Assembly (NCBI RefSeq): GCF_001194135.2
Contig: NC_068983.1
Span: forward strand, 159,289,075 to 159,351,958
Direction: 5' to 3'
Source of the DNA: Octopus bimaculoides
Lineage: Eukaryota
DNA length: 62,884 nucleotides
How positions within the stretch are numbered: the stretch's first letter is position 1; the number at the start of each line of letters is the position of its first letter. The notes below the pieces were generated by a model, which saw nothing but the letters and a program-made list of their open reading frames with translations, was not told the DNA's origin and did no database searches. This document shows positions 38,663-53,193 of this stretch, piece by piece. The position numbers and the translations under genes are program-made.

Positions 38663-38812
38663 TTTTATTTTTTACTTGTTTCAGTCATTGGACTGCAACC
38701 ATGCTGGGGCACTAACGTGAAAGGTTTAGTCGAACAAATCCATCCCTGGACTTATTTTAAGTTTGGAACTTATTCTAGTGGCCTCTTTTACCGAACTGCT
38801 CAGCTCTTCTTC
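38663..38812 (-). mobile_element. SINE family B, 3' body and tail
   Basis: ttttacttgtttcagtcattggactgcaaccatgctggggca is the reverse complement of the tail at 7900-7954. Confidence 0.7.
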
Positions 38813-39380
38813 GCATTGTAGACACATGTAGTGGAGATATATTTGTGTCTTTTCCAATTGAAAACAAAGAAAATGGAAATATTTTAGATATGGGTCAACT
38901 TTAATCTAAAAAAAAATATTAGTTTTTTTATGAGCAAAATCATTTCATATCGTATGATTTTACTGAGATACTACACTAAAATAAAGGATAACTATGATGA
39001 GAATACCGGGCAGCGCATAGATATATGAAACGGACATGATTTAGTTTCGATATTGATATGATAGCATCAAAATTAAAATTTCCGATATACACTGGAAAAC
39101 TGCGGAGCCCAGTTCAGTAATCGAATCAGAAGCAAGCATTATTGAGATGGGAGGAGCCTGATATGAAAAGATATTAAAACAACGAGGGGAAATAGTTGTG
39201 AATAGACGAGCAAGGAAGAAGAGATGTAGAGTTAATAAGAAAAGAATGGTAGTTTGATAGAATAAAAATACTATTTTAGAGGAAGATGTATGGTAAATTA
39301 TTCATCTATTTATATATACAAATATAATCAAATGCCTTAAAATGCATAGAGACGCATTCACACACACATACGCACGCAGA

Positions 39381-39471
39381 CACACACAACATACACACAC
39401 AACATACACACACAACATACACACACAACATACACACACAACATACACACACAACATACACACACAACATA
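39381..39471. repeat. 13-bp minisatellite (cacacacaacata) x7
   Basis: Visible directly. Confidence 0.9.
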
Positions 39472-42029
39472 CACACATACGTTTAATGTAAATACATATG
39501 TTTGCTATTCTGTATATGTCTGTGGTTGTGTCTATGCATATGAAGATATGTATGAGCACACATGAGACATTAGGGTTCTAATATGCCCCCGTTCAGGGAA
39601 TTTCAACCTGTTTGAATATTAGGGGTTTTAACCTCTTAGAAAGCAACAAGTACTTATGAAATTGCTAGTTTTATTTGTGACTTCAAAGTTTCAGTATTGT
39701 AAAGGTGTGGAGAAACGTGAATTTGTAACAACCATGCCTTTTTCAAGGACATAAGCAGCATGATCGACTAGCCTTGATTTTGTGTAAGTATACAATTAAG
39801 TCCATATTTCAACTTGTCAAGAAGCATCAATAATGTATGATATACTATCATATAACATTCTGTGTGTGTGTTTTGGTGCGTGTATTCGTTTGTATGAGTG
39901 GTACTTACAAACTCATACACGCGTATATTGTGTTTAAGTATATGTTCATTTATGTAAGAAAATGTATTAGCATATGTTTGCATATACACATGAGCATGTT
40001 AACACGTAAACTTTAGTTGGGAAAAGTTTTGAGTGTTTATTAAAAGGTCCTCTATGTAGTAAATGTTCTGCATGTTGTGAAACTTGTAGAATATTTAAAT
40101 AAGAAAACGACTAAAGTTAATATTGTAAGTGAAAAGTGATTCAGTGATGACCCCCAAAGACAGCTAGATATGTGTAAACGTAAAAAACACTTATGACGAC
40201 TGAAGGGTGGAATAGATTCAAGACTTTTGCAAAGTCTTCATAGGAAAATTGTAATAAAATTAAGGTTTATTGGAGGTGATATACAAAAGAATGAAATAAA
40301 AAGTTACTAACCATTATTAAAAATTGGAATGCATTTAGGAAAAAAATACATTACGTAAGACATACATGTACATTTGACTGATATTATTATCTGTGCATTT
40401 ATACTGAGGATAAGATCAGTCAAATGTACAGAGATAGCATCATTACAATTGTATGGAAATAGTAAAGATGTAAAATTGGGTTAGTGTTATTCTAGTCATC
40501 ATATATTACTTAGGATAGGATTAAAGTAGCTCGAAAGTCTCCTGCTTGATTTGACGAAAGATATAATGAAAGGTAGAGAAATATACTGCAAAAGTTCTAA
40601 AAGTCACTTTGTGAATATAATTCTTTTCATTTAGGAGCAAATAAAGGGCGATTTTATATATTTTTTATTACATGATTGTTGTAATGTTTCACATCATATT
40701 TGATCACACCCTATACCTATATAATATTATCTATCTACTATCCATCCATCATCGCATTACTATTGTTCTCATTGATAACATTTTCAGTCGATGACGTCAT
40801 TAAGAAAACAATCTTGTAAAATGGAGTTTCATTCAAAAGTTGACTCTTAAGATTCAGAACTTGAATTTTAGAGTCTCTAATTGTTGGTGTCTCCGAAAAC
40901 ATACTAAGACTGTATCGTCAACTACGCTTATGATATTCACTTTTCTCTCGTTCAATGAAGTAAATCTAAACAGAAGAGGAAGCAAGTGAGGATTTCGTTT
41001 CTTTGAAGTTACTAAATCTCTTCAGAAACGAGCTCGCTTTTCAATAGATACTTCAAAATTTAATATGACGTAAGGCCAAAGCAATTCTTAAGTAGATAAA
41101 GAACAGGAACAAAACAACAACAGCAATCAAATCAAACAATTCAAGTATTTGTTTATTAGTGTAGATTTATACAAGTATTTAATACCCAAAGTTGTACATT
41201 GAAAATATAGCGATAATAAGTGCTTGTACGTGTTAATGATAGACGAACTAGTGAGTTATGTAGAAGGGAGAAATCTATCATCAGCTATGAAGACTGACAA
41301 AAGGCTGAGCAGTATAAGTAAACACATATGTGAAGTAAAACATTGACTTTTATTTTGCTATCCCGAATAAACATTATCATAAAAAGTAACAAAACCCAAG
41401 AAAAATACAGTATATTACATAATAAAAGTGATGAATGTAATTAAAAGAATTACGCTCTTCGTTGTTAGGGGTAATTATTAAAGTAAGTCACTTGCTCCTG
41501 CAATTGATCATTTTAGGAAGGATGTTAGACAGAATATTTTTCGAATATAATTTTTCACTTATGGCACACAAACATTCATATGTACATGCATACGTAATGC
41601 ACGTATGAACGCATGCATACATATATGCATGCAAGCAGGCATAAGTACACACCTACATACATATACACATGCATCCATGCATATATTCACATATAGTTAT
41701 ATTAAGGATAAAAAGTTAGTATCAAGTTGTTGCTGTTATCTTGGAGGTAATTTGAAAAATACTAACGAACAACTGATGCAATAACAACAATACCACTGGC
41801 CAAGAGCGGGATTATGATAATAATTATGATAATGAGTTTAATTACGTTGATTACAATGTTCCAAACTTCTTTAATTCTTTTTCATAATGTCACTTATAGA
41901 TATTAAAGAGAGTTAGAAAGATATATCCCTAACGGTGCAATAATTTGTGGAACAATAAATAACAATAACAACACTAATAAAGTAGGCAAACGTATATATT
42001 ACTAGTATTTCAATGGTTAGGCGATATAC

Positions 42030-42510
42030 AGGTAGTATTAGTACAAAATGTTCGGGAGTAGTATTAATAGAAATATATAAAAAGGGTGGTCTCAGTGTAA
42101 GCGTAGAGGGGGGGGGGGTAATAGTATTTGTACAAGTGTACAGGTGGTGGTAGTGTTAGTACAAATGTACTGTAGGGATAGAATTGGTACAAATGTACAG
42201 TACATGGTAGTACTAGTACAGATATACAGTAGAGAGTAGTATTAATAAGATGTACAGTGGGATAGTGTTAGTAGAAGTATTCAGGAGGTGGGTAGTATAG
42301 GCATCACGGGAGAAGTAGTATTAGGAGATATACAAGAGGTAGTAGTATTGATACATATATACAGGAGGGTTGATATTTGTACATATGTACAGGAGGGTTA
42401 GTATTAGTACAGATGTACAGGAGGAGTGGTGTTAGTGCATATATACAAGAGGAGTAGTATTAGTACAAATGTACAGGAGGAGTAGTATCAGTAGACATGT
42501 CCAGGATGGT
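42030..42510. repeat. Degenerate ~28-bp minisatellite (tagtattagtacaaatgtacaggaggag), about 17 units
   Basis: The period is clearest at 42400-42510. Confidence 0.85.
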
Positions 42511-42657
42511 GAGGTGGTAGTGGTGGTAATATTGGTACCAAGGAAGCATTGATTCAAGTCTTAATTTTAAAGTGTTTACATAATACCTGTGCATCAATAT
42601 ATGCTAATGAAGCCATGAAGCTGCACAATATTGTTGTTGTTAATAATATATGAATAT

Positions 42658-42875
42658 CCTTTTCTACTCTAGGCACAAGGCCCGAAATTTTGGGGGAGGG
42701 GGCTAGTCGATTAAATCGACCCCAGTACGCAACTGATGCTTAATTTATCAACTCCGAAAGGATGAAAGGCAAAGTTGACCTCGACGGAATTTGAACTCAA
42801 AACGTTAAAACAGACGAAATACCGCTAAGCATTTCGCCCGGCGTACTAACGTTTTTGTCAGCCCCCACCGACCTT
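42658..42875 (-). mobile_element. SINE family A, full length, well preserved
   Basis: ccttttctactctaggcacaaggcccgaaatttt...aataccgctaagcatttcgcccggcg. Confidence 0.9.
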
Positions 42876-43013
42876 AGTAATATATGAATATTACTATTGG
42901 CATAGAGAAGATATGAATAAAAGCCGAGTACTTTGTTGAGTATCTTTATTGGTTGTTAAAAGTTCAAATATTACTGCAGTCAAAATTTCAACACCGAAAC
43001 TTTTATAATTATT

Positions 43014-43410
43014 GGTTTCAAATTCTGGCACAAGGCCAGCAATTTCAGTAGAAGGGGTAAATCGAATTACATCGACCCTAGTGCTCAAATAGTACTTATT
43101 TTATCAACCCCGAAAGGATACAAAGCAAAGTAGACCTCGGCGGCATTTCGAAACTTATAATTATTAAATGTAAATTTGATTAATTTTCGTAGAGAAATAA
43201 CCTCACCATAACTTCTCAACTTTAAACCGTATGCTATATAAATATTCCTTTCCAAATTTTGGCACAGGGCCAGCTATTTTGAGAGGAGGGATAAATCGAT
43301 TACATCGACCGCAATGCTCAACTGGTACTTATTTTATCGACTTCGGTGGTTTTTGAATTCAGAACGTAAAGAGCCGGGAGAAATGCTACAAATCTTAATC
43401 GGTGCGCTAA
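43014..43410 (-). mobile_element. Two truncated SINE family A copies (about 43014-43155 and 43250-43410)
   Basis: Both start with a ttcaaatt(c/t)tggcaca.ggccagc tail and contain aatcga.ttacatcgacc. Confidence 0.75.
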
Positions 43411-43699
43411 TTATACTAACAGTTATACCTGCTTTAGTAACAAGTTTATGTAGTCTGAAATAATATGGTTATTGAATTCGAGAGTGGTGGTGGTGGTGGT
43501 GGTGGGGAGAAGGATTTAATTTATAGTCTTTTCATACCCCAAAATAGATAAGACCATTAACAGTAATGTTGTTGGCGTAAGTTTTATTGATTATTATCTT
43601 GCTTGTAAAAGGCAGTTTAAGGGAACTCGTATGTATGTAGAAACACACGCACGCGCACATATAAATGCACGCTTACATATGTCTATAAGTGTGAGTGTG

Positions 43700-43746
<47 letters not shown>

Positions 43747-44084
43747 ATGTGTGTGTGTGTGTTCATATTTTCCCCAAATTAAAAACCTGTTTTGTTATCT
43801 ATTTTGTGTCCCTTATTTTTGCCCACTAACTTAGTATTTCAACAAATGGTGCCTGATAAAGAAGTAGTGGTGTAGTTTTGGTGGTGGTGGTGGTGGTGGT
43901 GTCGTTGATGGTCGAGGATAGTTTTACTTGACTAACACCTGTGAAGGCAGTGTCCCAGTATGACCGCAGCCCAGTTACTAAAAGAATAAAAGAAGTAACT
44001 AAAATCCTAAAATAATACTAAACCCCTACTTGATTTATCCGGTGTTCCTCTAACTAAAGGGGAGGATATTCGATATTCTTTTAA

Positions 44085-44255
44085 AAGGGCGATGAGCTAG
44101 CAGAATCGTTAGCAGCATTTCTTATGCCGTTACGTTCTGCGTTCAAATTTCACCGAGGTCAACTTTGCCTTTCATCCTTTCGGGGTCAACTAAATAAGTA
44201 CCAGTTACGTACTGTGGTCGATGCAATGGACTTAATTCCTTTGCCTGTCCTTGTT
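44085..44255 (+). mobile_element. SINE family A
   Basis: gggcgatgagctagcagaatcgttagc...gcgttcaaatttcaccgaggtcaactttgcctttcatcctttcggggtc. Confidence 0.8.
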
Positions 44256-44481
44256 TGCCCTCTCTATGTTTATCCCCACTGTGGGCAAATAAAGAAATAA
44301 ATATTTTATTAAAAGAGTGAGTGAGAGAAGGAGAGAAAGACAGGGAGAGATAGTGAGATCCTTTTGTTGTATCTCTAATTAAATGTAATCCCCTTGCTCT
44401 CATCTTTAATCAGAGATGTGAAGGTGTTTAGAGGGATGCTTGTAACCAGATTGTTAATAGATTATTTCTGATTTAAAAAAA

Positions 44482-44703
44482 TTCTTTTATTCTTTTACTT
44501 GTTCCATTCAGTGGACTGCGGCCAGGCTGGGGCATAGCTTTTAAGTGTTAGGTTAATCAAATCGACTTTATATATGTGTCTGTATATGTCTTATACATGT
44601 CTGCCACTCTATTCTGCCGGTCTCTTTTGCTTAACTACAAACTTACAAACCAACCTCGGCTTTCTTTCAAGTAGTGATAAGTAAACACAAACACAAACCC
44701 TTA

Positions 44704-44789
<86 letters not shown>

Positions 44790-44898
44790 GGCATACACAT
44801 GACGGCCTTCTGCTCTGATATTGTTTATCAAATTCATTCACAAGTTATTGTGGAAAGAACTTGCCTAAAGTGCCATGCAGCGGGACTGAATCCGAAAC
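44482..44898 (-). mobile_element. SINE family B with internal (TG)n
   Basis: Tail ttcttttacttgttcc...gactgcggccaggctggggca, internal (CA)n at 44709-44787, and head remnant cttgcctaaagtgccatgcagcgggactgaatcc. Confidence 0.75.
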
Positions 44899-45179
44899 AC
44901 AGCCATATCAGTAGAAAAATTCAACATTGAGAGAATTCATTATTGATTTCTGTACACTTAAAAGAACGCTGATCTCTTCAGAACCTCAAATCGCTATCTA
45001 GATTCACTACAGAAAGAGTAACACGCAAGACTCATAAATAAAAATTGTTATGTTTTTAGAAGAAACTAGGCGAGGCTTCTTTTGTCGAGATAAAAGTAAT
45101 ATAACTAAGAAGTTGTATAATGAATATACAGACGAAATAAACTGAAACAGGAAAGGTTGGATGATTGTGTTGATATAAC

Positions 45180-45345
45180 AGCAGAAGGCATATATTTCCC
45201 TACTGATAACTTTTATTAACACCAAGAGAATGGAAGGTAAGGGTGATCCCGATAGGGTTTGAACGCATAACGTAAAGATTTGGAAAAAATACCGCGAAGC
45301 ATTCCATCCAACACTGTATTGGCACTGCTAGTTCATCGCCTTTCA
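45180..45345 (-). mobile_element. SINE family A, degenerate
   Basis: tttgaacgcataacgtaaag...aataccgcgaagcatt...gttcatcgcctt. Confidence 0.55.
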
Positions 45346-47672
45346 TCCCTTCAGGGTAAATAACAAGGAGCCATTTAAGTTCAGTGGATAGGCGGAACTG
45401 GTTTAGGGGTTCGGCCTTGCGATATCTGTTCCAGCCTTTTGCATCTTTTTTTTTTTTAGCAGATGATTTCTGGAGAAAGGGGCGAAACGCATGTTCCCCC
45501 GACGCTTGTGAGAATGAACCCATTAATGTTCCGTTTAAACTGACAAAAACGCCTGCGAGCATACAGTTGCCAAGCTCTATCGGTCCAAGTAATTGGCCTT
45601 TCACTTGAAAAAGCGTCTGTGGCGTAGAGAGGGGATAGTTGCACGCAAGGGCAATTGCTAGTCTCCTTCCTAAAAAAATCCCCCCTTCCCAAAAAAAGAA
45701 CCCGAAAAAATCATTGCCCGGGCCTATGTACACATGTATTGGCGCATCGTCAACATTAAGTCAAGAAAGTCCCTACTATATATATATATATATATATATA
45801 TGTAATAGGGACTTTGTCGACCAGCATTGACCATGCACTTATAATTATATATATATATAGTCCTTAACTGCAATATTAAAAAAGTCAGTCAGCCACTCTC
45901 TGGTTCAATTTAAACTTGCTAGCAAATTTGAGAAAGCTTCTTGGATTAAGTTACGTTGTTGGCAGGTTGTGGGTAAATGAAATGTTAATGCTAACGCCTT
46001 CCAAGTGACATTAAATCGTAATATGTAATAAGTATTCAAATGAAGCGTCTGAGCAAACACACACACACATGTATACACACATACACATGCACACTTATAC
46101 ATATGCACACACGCACTATGCAATATTTATGTGCGCACACACTCACACACACACACATACATATATGATATGTAATGTGCGTATTGTGTGAGTGTGTATA
46201 TATGTGTGTGTGTGTGTGTGCGTGCGTGAAATAAGATTTAGACTTAAAACGCATAGGAAATTTGTCAAGGCACTTCCGCAAGGTGGAGTCGAGTGATGTC
46301 ATATCCGGGCAGAAAACTGGGCGGGTTTAAGAGTTTTGGACGATGAGAAATTTTTGCTAAAAACTTGTAAATGTATTAACATAATAAACAGTCGTGGCAG
46401 GCATGGCTGGTAATAAATATATCTACTCAGTAAACTGTGAACTTCTAATAAGAAATTCACAAATGTTTATAATTGATGTTTTGTGCACATTAATGTATTA
46501 ACTAAATTACGCAGATGTAAATGTGTTCATATTATTCTGGGGTAACTTATCTATGTTTAAGTTTTAATTGCAACATTTTCTATATCAACCCATATCAACT
46601 TTTTAAATAAAGATAAATTTAAACCAAATAAATGTCTATTTTATTTAAAAAATGAATCACTAAAGGTTCACCGTATCTAGCTGGAATAAATATGTGACTC
46701 AAAATTTGAAATCTAATTTCTATTAATTCTGGGAAATTTAATTAAAAAAGTAGAAAAAAGAGCGATGTGTCTTAAAATTCAGTTAAATGTAACTAATGTA
46801 ATATCTAAGAAGTTTTCAAAAGTTACATATAACAAAACAAAACAAAAAAAAAAGTGAATAGACAATTATTCACTGCTCAGTGTACCGCGTTGAAAAAAAG
46901 TTATGTGCAATATGCTGGAATATGCATATATAATCTATAGACTATCAGGTGATTGCGGCAATCGAACAATTAAAGTACACCAGGTAAAGTATTCACTTTC
47001 TTTTTCTATGTTGGAAAGTGCTGTGTTAGGTCACTTTATAGTCAACCTGGACACTGTCTTTCATTTTGCTTCGTTTTTTTTTTTAATCAAGCATTCATCC
47101 GTCCTCATTCTAATACTTCTATACCGCCTCAGGCCCCATCATTGTCCGTGCTGGGCTACTTTCACTTTCGTTTCGTTATTTTGAATTGGAATGCGTGTTC
47201 GTGTGAAAATATGGAAAAGTGGAGGAAAAGCAGATAGAAAACAGGATGGAGGAGGAAAGAAAGACTGAAAGAGAGGGAGAGGGAGAGAGAAGATAGAGAC
47301 AAAATAAAAAAATAAAAAGAATAAGCAACAAATTAAAAAAGAAGTAAAAAATACTAGAGTAAGAGTGGATAATACATTAGGTTAACAAGCAGGTGTATAT
47401 ATATAGCTTTAAAAAAAACAATAAGAAAGAAAGAAAAAAGACAGAAAGAAGATATAGAAAGAAGAGGGGATTGAAAGAGAGAGAGAGAGAGATAGATAGA
47501 GTGAGTGAGAGATAGAGAGAGAGAGAGAGGGGGGGAAGAGACAGGGAATAGTAACTTGATGAATGTCAAAGAAAACTGAGTTCGGAGAAAGTATAAAAGG
47601 AGAGGAATGAGTGAAAGAAAGACTAAAGAAAATAAGGAAAAGTGAAGGAGAGTTATGTAGAATATAGCTTAC

Positions 47673-47900
47673 CTTTTAAACTATGTAAAAGCTTGAAATA
47701 TGCACAACGGTGATGTGTCGCTTCTTCCGGCTTCTGAGAGTTTTCTTGCAAGTGTGTGACTTTTCCCTTTACTCTTACTGCTAGCTCATGTAACTGGTGC
47801 TACGCTTACTGAGCACTGCTATTCTCGGAGGCGCCAGGCGTACACTGTGTCGAAGCTGGACTGTAAACCGCCAATCGAAAACCGGGAACATATCACGTGA
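47673..47900 (-). promoter_or_regulatory. Candidate CpG-rich promoter or exon with consensus 5' splice donor
   Basis: About 14 CpGs in 220 bp. Palindromic E-box tcacgtga (47893-47900), CCAAT (47871-47875), ETS-like cttccgg (47724-47730), and minus-strand AAG|GTAAGC at 47673/47672. Confidence 0.35.
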
Positions 47901-49429
47901 ATAATGTACATTACCCGCGCACATCCACATACTACAGCACACAAAAATACAGACACATAAAGCACGCGCACACAGGCATACACACAAGTACAAATAGATG
48001 CAATAAGGTATAAACCAGTTTCAGCTTTTTTTTTAATAGGAAAAAAATTATATATATATATATTCACACTATTTGGGCAAAGTAAACTGTTAAAATCTTC
48101 TATATCACATTTGACGGTACACATACAAGGATATTGAAAGAGCAGTTCAATCATATATACACATAAATATATATATATATATATCAATATATATATATAT
48201 ATATATATATATCAACACTTGATTTCACTCTAAAGTTACTCCCTATTGCATACATATATACAAAAGTAACTTTACACTAGCACAGATGCGCACACGCACA
48301 CACAGATACACACAGGCAGTCACTTATATAACATGTTAAACACACACACACACACACACATGTGCATATGTATGTGTGTGTGAGTGTCTATATGTGAGAA
48401 TATATATATAGAAATGTATATATATATATATATATATATACATATATATACACACATATATATTATATATATATATATATAGGTATATAATTATGTGTAT
48501 ATAAGCAGGTATATATATATGTACATATATATATAAATATATATATNNNNNNNNNNNNNNNNNNNNNNNNNNNNNNNNNNNNNNNNNNNNNNNNNNNNNN
48601 NNNNNNNNNNNNNNNNNNNNNNNNNNNNNNNNNNNNNNNNNNNNNNNNNNNNNNNNNNNNNNNNNNNNNNNNNNNNNNNNNNNNNNNNNNNNNNNNNNNN
48701 NNNNNNNNNNNNNNNNNNNNNNNNNNNNNNNNNNNNNNNNNNNNNNNNNNNNNNNNNNNNNNNNNNNNNNNNNNNNNNNNNNNNNNNNNNNNNNNNNNNN
48801 NNNNNNNNNNNNNNNNNNNNNNNNNNNNNNNNNNNNNNNNNNNNNNNNNNNNNNNNNNNNNNNNNNNNNNNNNNNNNNNNNNNNNNNNNNNNNNNNNNNN
48901 NNNNNNNNNNNNNNNNNNNNNNNNNNNNNNNNNNNNNNNNNNNNNNNNNNNNNNNNNNNNNNNNNNNNNNNNNNNNNNNNNNNNNNNNNNNNNNNNNNNN
49001 NNNNNNNNNNNNNNNNNNNNNNNNNNNNNNNNNNNNNNNNNNNNNNNNNNNNNNNNNNNNNNNNNNNNNNNNNNNNNNNNNNNNNNNNNNNNNNNNNNNN
49101 NNNNNNNNNNNNNNNNNNNNNNNNNNNNNNNNNNNNNNNNNNNNNNNNNNNNNNNNNNNNNNNNNNNNNNNNNNNNNNNNNNNNNNNNNNNNNNNNNNNN
49201 NNNNNNNNNNNNNNNNNNNNNNNNNNNNNNNNNNNNNNNNNNNNNNNNNNNNNNNNNNNNNNTATATATGCATATATATACTTATATCTATGTCTGTGTG
49301 TGCACGCGCGCGTTTGTGTGTTAAGGAAAAGTTAAATTATGTCGCGAGCTCAGAACCCATAAAGCTGTGACGAATGCACCTTTCCGTAGCTTATAAGTGA
49401 CTTAGGATACAAAAGTATCCCCTGGAGAA

Positions 49430-49596
49430 AACGCTAGTCCGTGGTAAGGTTAACCTTACTCGTTATTAGTGGGTTTGACTGGGGAAACGTGAAATACAGT
49501 GGCTTGCTCAATGACAATGCGTCCGCCTGCAAATCGAACCTTCAGTATCATAATCATGAGCCCAAACTCCCCTAACTACTTGCCAAGCGCCTTCAC
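49430..49596 (-). mobile_element. Degenerate tRNA-headed SINE (D-like)
   Basis: Minus strand: gtgaaggcgcttggcaagtagttaggg...ggttcgatttgc...ttgagcaagccactgtatttcacgtttcc. Confidence 0.55.
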
Positions 49597-50666
49597 AGAC
49601 TCACACGCACAAAGACACACACACACACACACACACAAACATAAACACATGCATACGTATATGCACATGTGCATGTAGCTATATTTTTATCTATATATTC
49701 TTTAGATATATATATACATACACATCCATTCACACAGACATATGCAAACATATACATAGTATATATATATTTAGAGATTTATATATATATATATATATAN
49801 NNNNNNNNNNNNNNNNNNNNNNNNNNNNNNNNNNNNNNNNNNNNNNNNNNNNNNNNNNNNNNNNNNNNNNNNNNNNNNNNNNNNNNNNNNNNNNNNNNNN
49901 NNNNNNNNNNNNNNNNNNNNNNNNNNNNNNNNNNNNNNNNNNNNNNNNNNNNNNNNNNNNNNNNNNNNNNNNNNNNNNNNNNNNNNNNNNNNNNNNNNNN
50001 NNNNNNNNNNNNNNNNNNNNNNNNNNNNNNNNNNNNNNNNNNNNNNNNNNNNNNNNNNNNNNNNNNNNNNNNNNNNNNNNNNNNNNNNNNNNNNNNNNNN
50101 NNNNNNNNNNNNNNNNNNNNNNNNNNNNNNNNNNNNNNNNNNNNNNNNNNNNNNNNNNNNNNNNNNNNNNNNNNNNNNNNNNNNNNNNNNNNNNNNNNNN
50201 NNNNNNNNNNNNNNNNNNNNNNNNNNNNNNNNNNNNNNNNNNNNNNNNNNNNNNNNNNNNNNNNNNNNNNNNNNNNNNNNNNNNNNNNNNNNNNNNNNNN
50301 NNNNNNNNNNNNNNNNNNNNNNNNNNNNNNNNNNNNNNNNNNNNNNNNNNNNNNNNNNNNNNNNNNNNNNNNNNNNNNNNNGAACAAAAGAATAAAAGAA
50401 TGTATATATTTATTAGTGTGTGTGTATTTGGGTGTGTGCGCATGCATGTGTATGCTGTATATATACGTATGTATTTATGTATATATGTAACACGTGCAAA
50501 CGCATACACGCCTATGCACGCATATACGTATACATATATGCATACGAATATATTAGTATACAAACACAAAACACGCACATACATACAGGTTTGTGTATGT
50601 GCGTGTATCATACGTATATATCAAAAGATTATAATATTGCCTATCTCTGAATTATCATCGTGGTCG

Positions 50667-50699
<33 letters not shown>

Positions 50700-51054
50700 G
50701 CATCAGCATCAGCATCATCATCACCGTCCTCATGCATAACAAATCGGTAGTCTGAATACATTTTATAGTGCCAGTGTATACACAGTGTGGACTCATCCAT
50801 TAAAATACATATTGACATTTGCGCTTTTGTATCTCTCTCTCTCTCTCTCTCTCTCTCTCCACACACACACACACACACACACACGTGCGAGCGTGCACAC
50901 AGACTCATACACACACATATACACACAGAGATAGACAGACTATAAACACGCACACACAAGTAGTTCAATGTCTTTCTGTTCATTTCTTTCTCCGTCCACC
51001 TCTCTCTCCCCTTTGCTATATAACTTCTCTTTCTTTGCGAATATCTATGCTGCT

Positions 51055-51108
<54 letters not shown>

Positions 51109-51234
51109 TTCCTCTTCTTTCACTAGCTTTAAATTATTTGGTCTTCATACAAACTATTGAATTTCAGGTACAATTAAAGTTGAATATAAATGTAATATAA
51201 AGTTGATTTATCAAGTGTACCGGCATGCCACAGC

Positions 51235-51277
<43 letters not shown>

Positions 51278-51347
51278 ACAGACACACTGACACACACACA
51301 CACAAAGACATAGAGAGGCAGGCAAATACACATACACACATATACAA

Positions 51348-51379
<32 letters not shown>

Positions 51380-51492
51380 ACGTGTACGCACACACATACA
51401 CACGCATACACACACACACAAATACACACGTACATTTCAATACATACGTACGCACATTACATATGCATAAATGCATACTTTCATCTTTGGTA

Positions 51493-51542
<50 letters not shown>

Positions 51543-51847
51543 GTCTCTCCTCTCTCTCTCTCTCTCACACACGCATATCCACACTCATGGACAAATGCGT
51601 GTAGAAGTTGGCGTCTATAAAAAGATATTTGTGAATGTACAGACACACATACACACAAATTCCTTTAGTCTGCTGTTGCCTTCAGCCACACGAGGCTGGT
51701 CATGCCGGGGCATTGTCATATTGCCTATCCCTCTCTCTCTCTCCCTCACCCGCTCCCTCTTACTACCACACACTCACATGAATGTATTTATATATATATA
51801 TATACATGTATTTATATATGTATATATATATATACATATACATAAGC

Positions 51848-51892
<45 letters not shown>

Positions 51893-52529
51893 NNNNNNNN
51901 NNNNNNNNNNNNNNNNNNNNNNNNNNNNNNNNNNNNNNNNNNNNNNNNNNNNNNNNNNNNNNNNNNNNNNNNNNNNNNNNNNNNNNNNNNNNNNNNNNNN
52001 NNNNNNNNNNNNNNNNNNNNNNNNNNNNNNNNNNNNNNNNNNNNNNNNNNNNNNNNNNNNNNNNNNNNNNNNNNNNNNNNNNNNNNNNNNNNNNNNNNNN
52101 NNNNNNNNNNNNNNNNNNNNNNNNNNNNNNNNNNNNNNNNNNNNNNNNNNNNNNNNNNNNNNNNNNNNNNNNNNNNNNNNNNNNNNNNNNNNNNNNNNNN
52201 NNNNNNNNNNNNNNNNNNNNNNNNNNNNNNNNNNNNNNNNNNNNNNNNNNNNNNNNNNNNNNNNNNNNNNNNNNNNNNNNNNNNNNNNNNNNNNNNNNNN
52301 NNNNNNNNNNNNNNNNNNNNNNNNNNNNCCACCACCGTGCCAGAATTAGCAGCTAAATCTCTTATCAAATCACAGCTCTGCATCTTTATATACATCATGT
52401 AACACGTTGAATGAGTGATCTTAGGTAAGAAAAGAGGAAGAGAAAAAAAAGGAAAAAAGTGCTGATGATGGCCATAGATGAGGCATCTCTTGTCGTAGGT
52501 CCGCGCAGTGAAGTCTAGCTTGGGACTGA

Positions 52530-52647
52530 AATACTACTACTACCACTACAACTACCACCACCACTACTACCATCACCATTAATACCAACACTGCTGCCAT
52601 GTCTCCCCAACTCCAACCAGCACTACTACTACTGCTGCTACTACTAT

Positions 52648-52692
<45 letters not shown>

Positions 52693-52749
52693 CGCCGTCA
52701 CCACCACCACACCATCACCACAACCACCACCAACGACTCCACCACCACC

Positions 52750-52818
<69 letters not shown>
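52530..52818. repeat. Compound (ACT)n/(ACC)n trinucleotide tract
   Basis: Visible directly. It produces the poly-L/P/H/Y pseudo-ORFs. Confidence 0.95.
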
Positions 52819-52819
<1 letters not shown>

Positions 52820-53066
52820 GGTCCTGAGATGCGGTACTCGTGCATGGCTGGTACCGTCCACCTGACAAACTCCCCACCAGCATGTTTATGCCGCATGGAA
52901 TGGTCTCCGGATGTAAACTCCTAAGCATTCTCGACACCAAATAATGCAAAGTTTATATAAAAAATATATAGTGGGCACATATGTGTACATACACACGCAC
53001 GTTTATATATGAGTGTGTTTGTGTGTTTGTGTGAATGTTTATATGTGTGTAAACGTTTGTCGGTCG

Positions 53067-53120
<54 letters not shown>

Positions 53121-53131
53121 AAACATGCATG

Positions 53132-53193
<62 letters not shown>

